Source: Asterionella formosa (Eukaryota). From it: a stretch of DNA of 36,167 nucleotides. Below the pieces are notes generated by a model. That model saw only the letters and a program-made list of their open reading frames with translations, did not search any database and was not told the DNA's origin. The translations under genes and the position numbers were made by a program. The DNA lies in assembly GCA_002256025.1 (NCBI GenBank), contig NKIB01015391.1:1-36167 (forward strand). The letters are read 5' to 3'. Numbering within the stretch: position 1 is the stretch's first letter; every line of letters starts with the position of its first letter. Positions 11,768 through 24,045 of the stretch are shown here, in pieces.

Positions 11768-12517
11768 TTCTGCTGTGAAAGGTGGCAGCGCTATTCCATT
11801 TGAAACTTTATAATGGTTACAGGTAATATAAATAAATGGAAATATTTTAAGATTTTTCATCATTTCGGAATTGGTGAGCTGGTCAGACTTCGAATGAAGT
11901 ACCGGTAGATTGAAACCGCTACATGGAATTTTTAGTTTAGTGCATATGCAATTCGCTGATTACCGGACCTTCCAGCCATTTTGCTTGTCTACATAGAAAT
12001 CGGCCAACCCACAATTTTAAGGCTGGGGATAATCGAGGATCGGAGTTCAACCTCAAGTCACCCGCAAAGAATAAATGATTCTCTCTCTTTTGATTCGCCA
12101 ATTGCTTTTTTCTTTCTCCGCCGCCTGAAATTTCTTTCCATGGCTGTGACACGATGGTACCAGGTACCTGGTACCGTAGAGTACTGGTACCATGGTACTA
12201 AGCGTGCATTTTATAAATACAGTTATCATATATAACATGTACCGGTACATGTAATGATGGTGCTGCTTGCATAGAATAGTAGACAGGGCTAAAAATAAGT
12301 TGCGAAGCCAGCCGCGGTGTATCAGAAAATCCCAGAAATTCCTCAACGAAATCAGCAACCGCTCCCCGGTAGTACAAGTATAGCAAGACTGGACCTATTC
12401 CGGAGCAAGCATCCGCATCAGCCATTCATTTCATCAGCGGCACAACTATAAGCGGCGAGAAAGAGAGATAGAATTCGTTCCATTTGACTGCTAACGACAA
12501 AAAAGTGAAAGGATCCA

Positions 12518-13872
12518 ATGAAGCTCGCCGTTGGTGCTTTCCTGGTGGTACATGGCGCAACATCCGCCTTTACCACGCAGCGCCCGAGGTTTATCTCCAC
12601 TCACCTCAAGGTTTCACAGCAGCAGAAGGATAATCCGTTTACCGCATTTGCTGATTCTCTCGACGAAGATTTTGAGAACACCAATGGCAATTCAACCTGG
12701 CAGGCCAAGATTGATTCCTTGTTGGATCCTTCGACGCCCTTGGCGTCGAGACAACTATTGCTCAGTGAACTGTTGGCAGCCAATCAAGAGATTAGAGAGA
12801 GTGTGCGATCTGCCTTGAGTACTGGCAAGGTGAGTGTGCGATATAATGCCATGTTTTCGGGGGTTTAACTTGTGAACATTATAGAAATAAATTTGTAGCT
12901 CAACGAAAATGACTCACATGCTCGTTGCCGCAGATTGACGGACTTTTGACTCCCTCTCAAAAGAAATTGCAAGATGGCACCCGCGCTGTGGCTCGGCAGA
13001 TCACCAACGATATTCTGCCATCTCTAGGAAATCTCCCTCCCCCGAGCTTGCCTGATTTACAACTCTTTCCCAAAATTGGATCACGAGTTTTAGAAGCCCT
13101 TAGCAATCAAGCGAAGAACACCCTTAAAGATATTCAGGGCGACCTGGCTAACCCATCCCGCATTCCTCAGCGTTTAACACAGCAAACGGAAGATATTATA
13201 CAAGAAGCAAAAAACGTATTTTTAGAAACTCCCCTTGGCTTGGAAGGACCAGCTTATACTGTCGTGAAATCTTTTGACGAGTATGAAATCAGAGACTACC
13301 AAGGATACACGGTTGCTAGCACCGTCATGAATCCCATTGGTGAACCCTATAAGGAAGGAAACTTATCATCCAACGGGGCTGCCTTTAATGCTCTCGCTGC
13401 CTATTTGTTTGGGGCCAATACGGCAGGCAAGGCCATGGAAATGACGACTCCAGTTACCACCACATCGCTCGGGGAAATGAGATTTTACCTTGCCGAGGCG
13501 GAAGCTCCAAAGCCCCTCGACCAAGGGATGTACGATACTGGAGCCGTACAAATTGTGGACATTCCACCTGCCCGATTGGCGGTTCGGAAATTTACTGGAT
13601 TCGTCACGGAAGGGGAAGTGAGTCGACAAAAAGATGTCTTATTGAATAATTTAGCCTTGGATGGGATTGAAATTGATGTCCCACATGGGGCTGTTGTACC
13701 ACATGTGATATTTCAATACAATCCGCCGTATACTGTCCCCATGATACGACGAAATGAAATTGCTGTCCCGGTGCAATCACCTATGGTGGAACCTCCCAGC
13801 ATTGAAGAAGAATGGCTAGTCGGGAATGATGTGGAGGCAGATTGGGGTGAAAGTCCAAGCGATGTGGAATAA
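12518..13872 (+). CDS. SOUL heme-binding family protein, predicted plastid-targeted; exons 12518-12829 and 12934-13872 (416 aa)
   Basis: SOUL motifs LEGPAYTVV..YEIRDY, AFNALAAYLFGAN, MEMTTPV, AVRKFTGF, QYNPPYT..RRNEIAV. Signal peptide MKLAVGAFLVVHGATSA|F followed by a Ser/Thr/Arg-rich transit peptide. A phase-0 intron joins the two ORFs in frame. Confidence 0.92.
12830..12933 (+). other. Spliceosomal intron (104 bp) in the SOUL gene
   Basis: AAG|GTGAGT donor, CTCAC branch-like motif and CAG| acceptor; splicing restores the reading frame. Confidence 0.88.
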
Positions 13873-14026
13873 TATGGATTAGTGATGTGAAAATAAGGAG
13901 AAGAAACACGTGGGAAAATGAGAATTTAAAGGACGGACAATCATTAATATTTAGCAACATTAGAAATCTAAAATGGTGTCATTTTTCTAAAATCATTGCG
14001 AGCCCGACATTAAAACGCGTTTGCAA

Positions 14027-15679
14027 CTACGAAAGTCTACTTATAATCGGCTCGCCGCCACCTTTGACATCCTTGACAGTGAAGCCCAATTCAGTAATTC
14101 TCCCACGCAAGGAATCTGCAAGATCCCAATCCTGGGCTTCTTTGGCTGCAGTCCGTTGGCCTACCAAGTCCAGCACTTCATATGGAATAGCAGTCGATTC
14201 ATTGCCTTCTTTTGCTTGTGATTCGGTCAGTGGAACGTTATAAAAAATGCCAAGTACTTGATCCATTTGGTCAAGGGCGTCTTGAATGGCTTGGAGTCCC
14301 AGAATATCCACAGCAACGCCCTTATTGGCTTCCTTTAAAATGTTTTCTGCCTCTTTGATCAGAGCAAAGAATGAAGCCGCCGCTCGAGGCATAGACAAGT
14401 CATCGAGTAGGGCTGTGTCGAAACTCTTTAGTTCACCTGGTACTACAGTGGTTGCAATATCAGAATCTCCCTCCATTGCAAGGCCAGTTGCTGCTTTCGC
14501 CAACGTGTCTGCGAGCCCAGTCTTGACCTTGTCCATTCGCTTCAGAGCATTTTTGCTTGCCTCCATTGCTTGATCAGTGAAGCTAAGTGGATTCCGGTAA
14601 TGCGAACTTACCACCAAGTATCGATAGGCCCTAACATCGTCAGGTTTTGGACACGCATCCCTCAAAGTGAGAAAATTGCCTGTAGATTTGCTCATCTTTT
14701 CTCCCCCAATGTTGACAAATCCATTATGAATCCAACAATTGCAGAATGTTTTCCCCGAAAAGCCTTCAGATTGAGCAATTTCATTTTCATGGTGAGGAAA
14801 TTTGAGGTCAATCCCACCGCAATGAATGTCAATGGTATCACCGAGGAAAACCCTTGCCATGGCCGAACATTCCAAATGCCATCCTGGACGGCCATACCCT
14901 AATGGCGTATCCCAAGAACAGTCTGGCCGGTCCAGTCCCTCTTTGTATGCCTTCCACAAGCAAAAGTCTTGAAAATGAGCTTTCCCCGATGCCTCGTCCG
15001 TTCGTTCTTGCGGTTCCATTTCGTCCACCGTCAGTTGTATCAATTGCGTTCCATAGTTCGGTTGATTCCGTGTATTAAAGTACCAACTCCCATCTGTAGT
15101 TTGGTATGCTAACTCATTCTTGACCAATCCCTGTACCAAATCCACCATATCTTGAATGTGATTTGTGGCTCTGGGATAATGCTGTGCCGGAATAATATTA
15201 AGTGCTGCCACATCTTGTAAAAATACTTGTTCGTATTGCTTCGTTAATGTTTGCACATCAACTCCACGTTCCTTGCATCGTGCTAAAATCTTATCATCCA
15301 CATCCGTCAAGTTGCATACATGTTGAACTGAATATCCAAAGTACAGCAATACACGTTTCACTACATCATATGTTAAGAATGCTCGAAAGTTCCCCACGTG
15401 AGCTGAGTCGTAAATGGTAGGTCCACAAGTGTACATTTTAATATGATTTGGTTCCAAGGGGCACAATGGTTCTTTGGAACGTGACTTGGAGTTGTATAAT
15501 ACCAATGTGGGGAGAATTGGTTCTTGTTGTTGAGTGGCGGTCATGGAAAGGCGCGTGCGTGGTGACACTGTTCGTTGTAACAATCGAGAAGGAGACACTA
15601 GAATCCATGCATCCGTACTGACAGTCAGGAGGACTGCCATAATACTCGCCGTTGCTATTATCGAGTGCTTGTATACCAT
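14027..15679 (-). CDS. cysS: Cysteinyl-tRNA synthetase, organellar (bipartite presequence); alternative in-frame ATGs at 15718 and 15640
   Basis: MYTCGPTIYDSAHVGNFR (HIGH-like), NLTDVDDKI, DFCLWK, GRPGWHLECS, DLKFPHHENEIAQS, KMSKS and anticodon-domain WDLADSLR. N-terminal hydrophobic signal ending TDA|W plus an Arg/Ser/Thr transit peptide. Confidence 0.96.
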   Translation of the reverse strand: MVYKHSIIATASIMAVLLTVSTDAWILVSPSRLLQRTVSPRTRLSMTATQQQEPILPTLVLYNSKSRSKEPLCPLEPNHIKMYTCGPTIYDSAHVGNFRAFLTYDVVKRVLLYFGYSVQHVCNLTDVDDKILARCKERGVDVQTLTKQYEQVFLQDVAALNIIPAQHYPRATNHIQDMVDLVQGLVKNELAYQTTDGSWYFNTRNQPNYGTQLIQLTVDEMEPQERTDEASGKAHFQDFCLWKAYKEGLDRPDCSWDTPLGYGRPGWHLECSAMARVFLGDTIDIHCGGIDLKFPHHENEIAQSEGFSGKTFCNCWIHNGFVNIGGEKMSKSTGNFLTLRDACPKPDDVRAYRYLVVSSHYRNPLSFTDQAMEASKNALKRMDKVKTGLADTLAKAATGLAMEGDSDIATTVVPGELKSFDTALLDDLSMPRAAASFFALIKEAENILKEANKGVAVDILGLQAIQDALDQMDQVLGIFYNVPLTESQAKEGNESTAIPYEVLDLVGQRTAAKEAQDWDLADSLRGRITELGFTVKDVKGGGEPIISRLS

Positions 15680-15779
15680 GATGATGACGGTGTTTGTGTA
15701 TTGCTTGTTGTTTGTCATCAATTGTGATGAACAAGCAAAGGTAAAATAATGAAATAGTAAGAAGTACTAAATGTGACGA

Positions 15780-16210
15780 TTTGCATACATCATACTACCG
15801 GTAGGACCGATTACCGATCATGGATCATGGCATACCGGTAGTACATTCTTTTTATCATCGTACCAGGTACCAGGGTACTTGGTACCAGGTACCCTGGTAC
15901 CCGACCCTTGTCACCCCCCTCCCATGGATGTACCGGACTGTACCTGATACCCAGGTACCGGTGCCAGATACTGTCTGTCATGGTCCGCCCACACAAAAAA
16001 TGATGGCTGAGCTGTGCAAAGGAGAACAGACGACACCGATCAAATTGATGGTGAACGCAATCTCGAGTGGAAATCAATGATTGTTGGCAGTGGACATGAC
16101 GGACAAGCTAGCATCGAAAAAGTTTGTATCTGGGCGGGGTCGTATGTTACCAGGTGCCAGGTACCTGGTAGTCTACCAGTTTTGCTACGGGTACCTGGTA
16201 CCAGGTAGTC
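15780..16210. promoter_or_regulatory. Central part of the divergent intergenic region between CysRS and beta-adaptin, with dense GGTACC-type palindromic clusters
   Basis: The genes are head-to-head about 850 bp apart, with clusters at 15796-15962 and 16148-16208. The regulatory role is inferred from position only. Confidence 0.4.
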
Positions 16211-16535
16211 CACATCCCAATACAATTTGTACATGGCATTATTCTTACTGCATTGAAATCAGCGGTTACAGTTTGAGCTTTTGAACCAGCATTGTGGTTG
16301 TTGGTTGAATCCATTCAAGGCAATCCCTCAGAAGTCACATCACGCTCTTGCTCTACTTGTTTTCTAAAACCCACGAAACAGCGAGGTAAGAACAATGAAA
16401 GAAGAAGGAAGCGAGACGAGGCAACTGCTCTGGTTGGCATGCCCTTCGTAGAACGCCGTGAAGTTAGTACCAGCAGCTACAGAAGCTTTCACCACTCACC
16501 ACTAATCTACCGTCATTTCACCCACTCATCCCCAG

Positions 16536-19273
16536 ATGGCGGCCAAAATGCTAGGAAAGGACGCCGGAGGCTCCGACTCCCGCTTCTTTACCACCCAGAA
16601 GAAGGGCGAAATGCACGAACTGCGGCTGGAGTTGCACTCAACAGACCGCACCACCAAGGTCGACGCCGTGAAGAAGGTCATTGCTTCCATGACGGTAGGC
16701 AAGGACGTTAGCATGCTCTTCACGGACGTCTTGAACTGCGTGCAGACGGGGAACATTGAACTCAAGAAGCTAGTGTACTTGTATCTGATTAATTACGCAA
16801 AGTCGCAGCCTGAACTGACTCTCTTGGCCGTCAATACCTTTGTCAAGGACGCATCAGACCCAAACCCCCTCATTCGCGCCTTGGCCGTGCGGACCATGGG
16901 ATGCATCCGCGTTGACCGCATCACGGAGTACTTGTGCGAACCGCTCAGTAGGGCACTCCGCGACGAAGATCCATACGTGCGCAAGACAGCAGCAGTATGT
17001 GTCGCGAAGTTGTATGACATTGCTCCGGATTTGGTGCAAGAGAGAGGCTTTTTGGAAGTATTGCATGACTTGATCAGCGACTCGAATCCATCCGTGGTTG
17101 CCAATGGTGTGGCGGCTCTGTCAGAAATCGCAGAAACATCGGGACGCGATGTTATGAAGATTTCGGCCAGTGTATTGCAGAAGTTGTTGGCTGCCTTGAA
17201 CGAATGCACTGAGTGGGGACAAGTTTTTATTTTGGATAGTTTGGCCAAGTACACGCCAGCGGATGGACGTGAAGCAGAAGGGATCATTGAACGTGTCACT
17301 CCTCGTTTGCAGCACGCTAATTCTGCGGTTGTAATGTCGGCCGTCAAGGTCATTCTTTCCTACATGGACTTTCTAGGAAATCAGAATTCTGATGCTATTC
17401 GCAACTTGACCAGAAAGCTCGCTCCCCCTTTGGTGACACTGTTGAATTCGGAACCGGAGATTCAATACGTTGCGCTTAGAAACATTAACTTGATTGTTCA
17501 GAAGCGACCCAACATTTTGGAAAATGAAATTAAGGTCTTTTTCTGTAAATACAATGATCCAATCTACGTAAAGATGGAAAAGTTGGAGATCATTATCAAG
17601 CTGGTCAGCGAGAAAAACATTGATCAAGTATTACTAGAGTTGAAGGAGTACGCGACGGAAGTGGATGTTGACTTTGTACGGAAGTCGGTGTCAGCCATTG
17701 GTCGCTGCGCTGTCAAGTTGGAGCGGGCTGCTGAACGATGCATTGGGGTGCTCTTGGAATTGATTCAGACAAAAGTCAATTATGTTGTACAAGAGTCGGT
17801 TATTGTCATTAAGGACATTTTCCGCCGTTACCCCAATAGGTACGAGAGTATCATAGCCACACTTTGTGATAATTTGGATACGCTTGATGAACCTCTCGCC
17901 AAGGCCAGTATGATTTGGATCATTGGAGAATATGCAGAGCGCATCGATAATGCCGACGAGTTGCTCGATACCTTTTTGGAAACATTTGAAGAAGAGGACC
18001 CTGCTGTTCAGCTTCAGCTGTTGACGGCGACTGTCAAGTGCTTTTTGAAAAATCCAGAAGATACCCAAGACATGGTTCAGCGCGTCTTGGACATGGCAAC
18101 GGAAGAAAGTGACAATCCCGATTTGCGTGATCGTGGATTCATTTACTGGCGACTCCTATCGACTGATCCAGAAGCCGCCAAGATTGTAGTGTTGGGTGAC
18201 AAACCCGTAATTGAAGATGATACTTTTCGGTTGGACCCGTCCTTGTTGACTGTTTTGATTGGGCAGATTGCGACCTTGAGCAGCGTGTACCATAAGCCTC
18301 CAGAGGCGTTTGTAGTTCGGGGACCAAAAGGAACTGGAGGCTTTGCTGAAGAAGAAGAGGAGGAAGAGGAAGCGGGTATGTATTAGGCAAAGTGGATTGT
18401 CTGGGCGATTTTATCGATTACTCACGTAGCATTTTCTTCACTACTTTCACAGAATATGAAGACGAGAACGATGTTGGTGGAGATCTCTTGGATATGGGCG
18501 GTTTGAGTATGCAAAATGCTAGCTCTGATGTTGCAGATATTGTTCTCGCTCAAGTCTGCTCTGCTGAAAAGTCTGGTGGAATCGACATTTATGCTGGTTT
18601 CCGCCAGGTGAATGGAACCATCATGATGGAACTCGAATTCAGCAATGTCTCGTCCCAAGTTGCAGTTTCAACTTTGGCCATTCAGCTTAACAAAAATGCT
18701 TTTGGACTCTCTCCTGCCAACCAACAAATTTCCTTTACTCCTCCCATCTCTGTTGGTAATCGCGCTCGCAACTCCGTTGAGTTGGTGGTAACGCCCAACA
18801 TGTTGGCTCCAGCTGCATCTGGTCAACCTGCATCTCCTCAAGTTCAAGTGGCTATCAAGAACATGGCGACCAACGGAGTCTTTTACTTTGCCGCCAATTT
18901 CAACTTTGAAGCCTTGTTCACTCCTGATGGTGCTTTGGATCGATCTGCTTTTATTGAAGCTTGGAAATCGATTGATGACCGTAAGGAACTCTACGGAACT
19001 GTCTCGGACCTGCCTCCCGCTTCGACTGACATTGACTTAGTCCAGGCCAAGTTTAAAATTTCAAATGTGTTTTTTATTGCTCGTCGTCCTGTGCCAAATG
19101 CCGAAGGGCAAGAAGTCGTGTACTTTTCCATGCGCACTGTCACAGGCATGGACTTTCTGGCAGAATTAACTTTCAAGGCCGGTGTCAATGCCTGCAAGAT
19201 TTGCCTAAAGACTGAGTCTGCATCTTACGGTCTCTTGGCCAAGATGGCATTGGAGACATTGTTGCGAGAATAA
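16536..19273 (+). CDS. AP1B1: AP-1/AP-2 adaptor complex beta subunit (beta-adaptin); exons 16536-18375 and 18453-19273 (886 aa)
   Basis: Adaptin-N trunk ([45 protein letters not shown]), acidic hinge with DLLDM, and C-terminal appendage domains. A phase-1 intron joins the ORFs. Confidence 0.96.
18376..18452 (+). other. Spliceosomal intron (77 bp) in the beta-adaptin gene
   Basis: G|GTATGT donor, CTCAC at 18421, pyrimidine tract and CAG| acceptor; G+AA rebuilds a Glu codon in frame. Confidence 0.9.
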
Positions 19274-20789
19274 AGAAATTGCTTCTATCAGCCTGATGGT
19301 GAAAGGATAGTTAGCAGCGACAGCAAAAATGAATTCCGGATCACTTTAGGAGCTTGTCAACATATTCAAAGATAAAAACCTAGGAATGATCTCATTATCG
19401 ATAACTGCAATGGGTTAATTTGTCACTGTACTGATGAGCAGGATCACTATGGTACAACATTCACTCACTTTGTTTACTTGATTTGTAGTTTCTCATGATA
19501 ACAGCTTCAACAACTCCTCATATTGTTGAAATGAGTGTCTACAAAAGAAAGACCACAAAATATTTTGTCAAATATATAACACAATTGTTCTATCAGAATT
19601 CTCGAAATATTCCAAACAAGGTTGCCCACCCAGACAGAGTTACATATGTTGATAATTCAACAGAGAGCTTGTACCAATCACACGCCTGTCCATGAATACT
19701 GGTAGTCATTGAAGGTTTCCCATTTAATGGTGTCACTGCTTAGCAACCTTCCCAGTGTGCCCAACATACTGAGGTATACCAAGAATGTACTGGTATGACA
19801 ACTGTCACAGTAGCTGCGCAATCACTGCTGCAACAACAACAAAGACAATCACATGATAGACAGTAGGAAAATATGTGAAAAAAGCTATTTTTAAATGATA
19901 ATTGGTTGTTTGTATTGACACTGCAAAAGGATGCATTGGATGCCTTGGGTTTCTTGACAATGCACCCATATCATGAATTAAGGGGAAATTTCTCGTCATG
20001 ATGCACAGAAATCATAGCATGATTTGATTGGCTTGTGGAAATTCCAACACAACAGAACTTTGTAGAATGTACATAAGATAATATGTGTGAAGAAACAGGT
20101 ATACGTCTGCAAATAAAAAGTATCATGCATATAGGATCAAGGGTATCATATGCTAGCTAAGTGGCACAGGATTTTCGTATATATGATAATTATTGGATCA
20201 AAACTATGATCAAGGTGATGATTTATCAAAATTTTACCAATCTTGAAGTATAACGATAATAATTGTATTTCAATCCACATACCCATGAAATTTCAAAAAA
20301 CGATATTCGTCATTCTACTGGCTGATTTTGTCAACATTGGTGGCAAACCACATATCAAAATAGTGTGAGGGAAGAAAGTTCAGTTTCAAATGGTCTCACT
20401 GATCAATGGACCGATGATTTTCTTGTTTATTGTAAGGAAATCTATGCTGGACTTTCATAAAAGAATCGATCTGAATATGAAAGGAATCCTAGTGGAATTG
20501 CTACTTCCACCACAAATATCATCTACCCACACTCATACTTCTCATTTCCCAATGCGTTTGATGAGGATATGCATCAATATGTTGAACCACTTCAACCAAA
20601 TGTTCCAGGGAAGAATATTGCTGATTACAATGACCGCATTAATCAACAGAACATTGATGACGAGGTTGAATTTGAATGGATCTAATAGAATCCAATGCAT
20701 ACTTAGTTACATAAAAAATATAGTTAATTTTGAGACTTCTACAATGCAAAACATATCATAGATGTTAGGAAAACATTGACGCTGCTCTA

Positions 20790-22400
20790 TACTATGAGTG
20801 TTGCTGCCTGTACTAAATGTGGTGGTATACTTCTAGCAACCGTGTTTTTATGCATATGGTCACTGTCCACATTGCATGCAAGAACATCGAGTTCCTGGAA
20901 TACATAATGAAACTATGTATTGCGGTAGTGTATCGAATCATTCAAGGAAAGAGGTTAATGGCAGTGTAACTGCTGCAGCATTTAGGGAGAGTAGACAACA
21001 AGAAGAGATTATGTGTCCTATCCTTAAATCAAGTGGCCACAATCATCCATTTCATGACGACAGCGACAATTCAGTTTATAACAATATTCAGTCACAACAA
21101 GATGAACAATTGAGACTAAAAACTCTCCAAGGATTGAATTCAGAGACTATGCAATATTCAGATTTCCAATATCACACCGGCCTTCTCCCTGAAAATGCAA
21201 TGGAAATGCCCCTTCCTCCTCAATTTCAACTTCCAAGTCAACATTCCCTAAACATGCGCGCATCCAATCGAATTACCTACCTTCCACCAGTTTACTTTGA
21301 TCATCTATTGAAATGGCTGTTCAAGGCCAAAGCAATGAAATATTTTTGATGGAAGGTATCAAGCTCCATCCTACCAGACTTTGAAAAAACGCATGAATAT
21401 TTCATTTCTACCAACATTAGCTGGTGGTCAACTGTTGACCAAACAAATACAGATTGATAACAATTCAAACATGATCATCCTACAGCTTATGGCAGGATTG
21501 TTATGTGATTCCGACATCATGCAACATTTTGTATGTCACCCACAAGTAAAACTTACAACTTGTGGAGAACACATATATGACAAAGTAACTTCCGCAACTT
21601 GGTTTGAAAATGCATTCAACAATTATCCTGCATCAGAAAATGGAGTGTTGAAGACAGGGTATTTATTTGTTGCCCTAGCAGTGTTCAGTGATGGTTCACC
21701 TATTGATAAACAAATGAAACATTGCGAGCATCCGTTTTTGTTGACAATGTTAAACTTAACGTTAGAAGGAAGGAAAAAAGTTGATGGATGGCAATTGGTA
21801 TCTCTTTTAACAGACATTGAAGTCAGTGATCTGGAGAAACAAATGAACAATAAGTTATCTGGTGACGACTTGTCCTTATGTCGACTCAAATTATACCATT
21901 CTGTTACAGGATTTCTATTGTCGCCTGCCTTTCGAAGATCCAAACAAGTCATACGATATTTGGGTTCATGGTCTTGGTATGACAAAAGTTTATTTCCAGA
22001 TTGGAATGATCATTGGTGATACAGAAGATTTTCAGAGGTGGTAATGGATTATATCGACGATATGTTTGTCGTGATTGCCTGGTCTTAACTGAAGATGCTG
22101 ATAATCATAAAAATTCCAATTGTTTCGTGCATCCAGGGATGATGCAGTACCAGTACTTACGGGCAAGGTGAAATACTTGATCATAATGTTCATCCAAACT
22201 TGCATCTTTTCATGGATTACGGACTTGACATAATCCATCATTTATAGCAAAAAGATAATGCACAAAATGGTTGTTTTACTTCTCCTCTTATCTTTTGCAA
22301 TAAACAATTAGCACATAGTTACTGTCATGATGAAGTGGACGACAATCTCCTTGGTATATATACGGTTTTTATTACCCTTTTCTGGGTTCTCATCCAGATC
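20790..22400 (+). mobile_element. Degenerate Plavaka-type (CACTA/EnSpm-related) transposase
   Basis: IYDKVTSATWFE, VALAVFSDGSPID, EHPFLLTMLNL..RKKVDGWQLVSLL, then after frameshifts GMIIGD and CRDC. A possible decayed Cys/His finger lies near 20810-20875. Decayed coding-like DNA may continue to about 23.7 kb. Confidence 0.75.
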
Positions 22401-24045
22401 AAATATAACCTACCTTTACATCAGTTGGATGAAGTTCATGAATCATATAATGGATCATAGAGGTTATTGTTTCAAGGTCCCCATATGCAAGATCTTTAAA
22501 ATCTGAATATGATTTTTTGATACCTTTGACTCCATAAAATACAGAGGCGTAATTACATATTTCTTGTGGGGTACGTGTGTACAAATCTTTCCACAATTTT
22601 AGTTGTCCATGCGTTTTCGGCAAACTCAAGGAAAATGCAGTTTGCTTTGGCATAATAACTCTACACATTTCACATGCTGACTCTTCACAAAAGTAGCTAG
22701 CTGCCTTCGGAATTGTTCTCGATGATTTTACAAAGAAATACTAATCTTTTTCTTCCACGGATAGTTACAACAAGCAAATGACGATACGGATATCAAATTT
22801 TTCCTACGGCAAACCACAATGATAATGATGAAAAACATTTCTCCCTCTGTTGTTAATGATACCGATACTGGGCGGGTTTTCCATGAGCAAACAACAATGA
22901 AGAGAGCCTCTTGCTGTCGCTTTATTGATGATATAAAAGATGCGGACGGATTCAATATTAAATACAAGTGCAGCATGAGAAATGCGGAAAAGAGCAATAT
23001 GAAGAAGAAATTGTAATCAGAATCATTCTTTACCTATAACTATGTGGATAGCAGTCTGTTACATTTTCGTATCTCCTTCTATGCTGAATCTCAATAGTAG
23101 ATGTAGTATCATGTGAGAATTGAAAATGTCAACGAGATTAATTAGAATGTATTTGTTTATGGATTGATTGGCGAGATTTTAATGCTGGTGGTCGACAAAA
23201 CGGATTTACAATGTGCGCTGTGTGCGGAACCATTCCGAGTTTGAATGATTTCTTCTCTGTAAACTCTTAATTGAATGATTATGAACATAGGTTCATTGCA
23301 CATGACGATTACTCAAAGATGTAATGATCAACTTAACTACTAATTGAAGACAATGTCGCAAAACAATCATTCCACTTGTCATTGCTAGTATTTCGTTGTT
23401 GTTCCAAAAATCAGAGTGATGACGGATGGAAATGACGAGCCAAAATAAATTACTTTAGCTGGTACATTATTCTACCAAGAAATTGAAATACAGGAATCTA
23501 ATAGAAGCAATAAATATAATATTTAAATATGCATAGTGAAAAGGGTTACTATTTAAATTACAAGGGCATTTATCGAAATTATTAGATGATATAACGAAAA
23601 ATTATTATCAGATGATCACAATCCTATGATGCATCATGGAAATATGATAGTTTTTATTTGCAGACGTAAAACGCTGCGTCACCCTAGAAAAAATGTGCCT
23701 TGTTCTAATTTTCTGGCACAGAAGTGCGTCAAGATTTGGAAAAAAAGCAATTGATCATACATGTGTAGAAACCGATTCAACCAAGAACAATATCACTTCT
23801 TATTCGCATCTGTATGTTTTAAACAATGAAGAAGAAAATTGGTATGACGTTTTGATCAACAGAAGTGGGCAATGCCAAAATCGCCATCATCATGTCTCCC
23901 TATCTAAGTAAATCTAGTTGCGGCTGTGTTACTTTGAGGAGACTTGAGCATGGGATTGAAGGTAGTGAGCGAAAAAATTCGGAATAGAGCAAAAAGCAAT
24001 AAGGTTAGAGCAAAAGCAAAAAGTCATGGGCAAAAACGAAACCTA

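Noticed and set aside
15811..16284. Short ORFs rich in YQVPGTWY/VPGT (also 831-1339, 11981-12358, 30103-30541)
   Set aside because: They are translations of GGTACC-type non-coding arrays, open on both strands, with no domain.
16793..18658. Antisense and overlapping ORFs within beta-adaptin (likewise within SOUL, CysRS and the Hint gene)
   Set aside because: Shadow ORFs of real coding frames.
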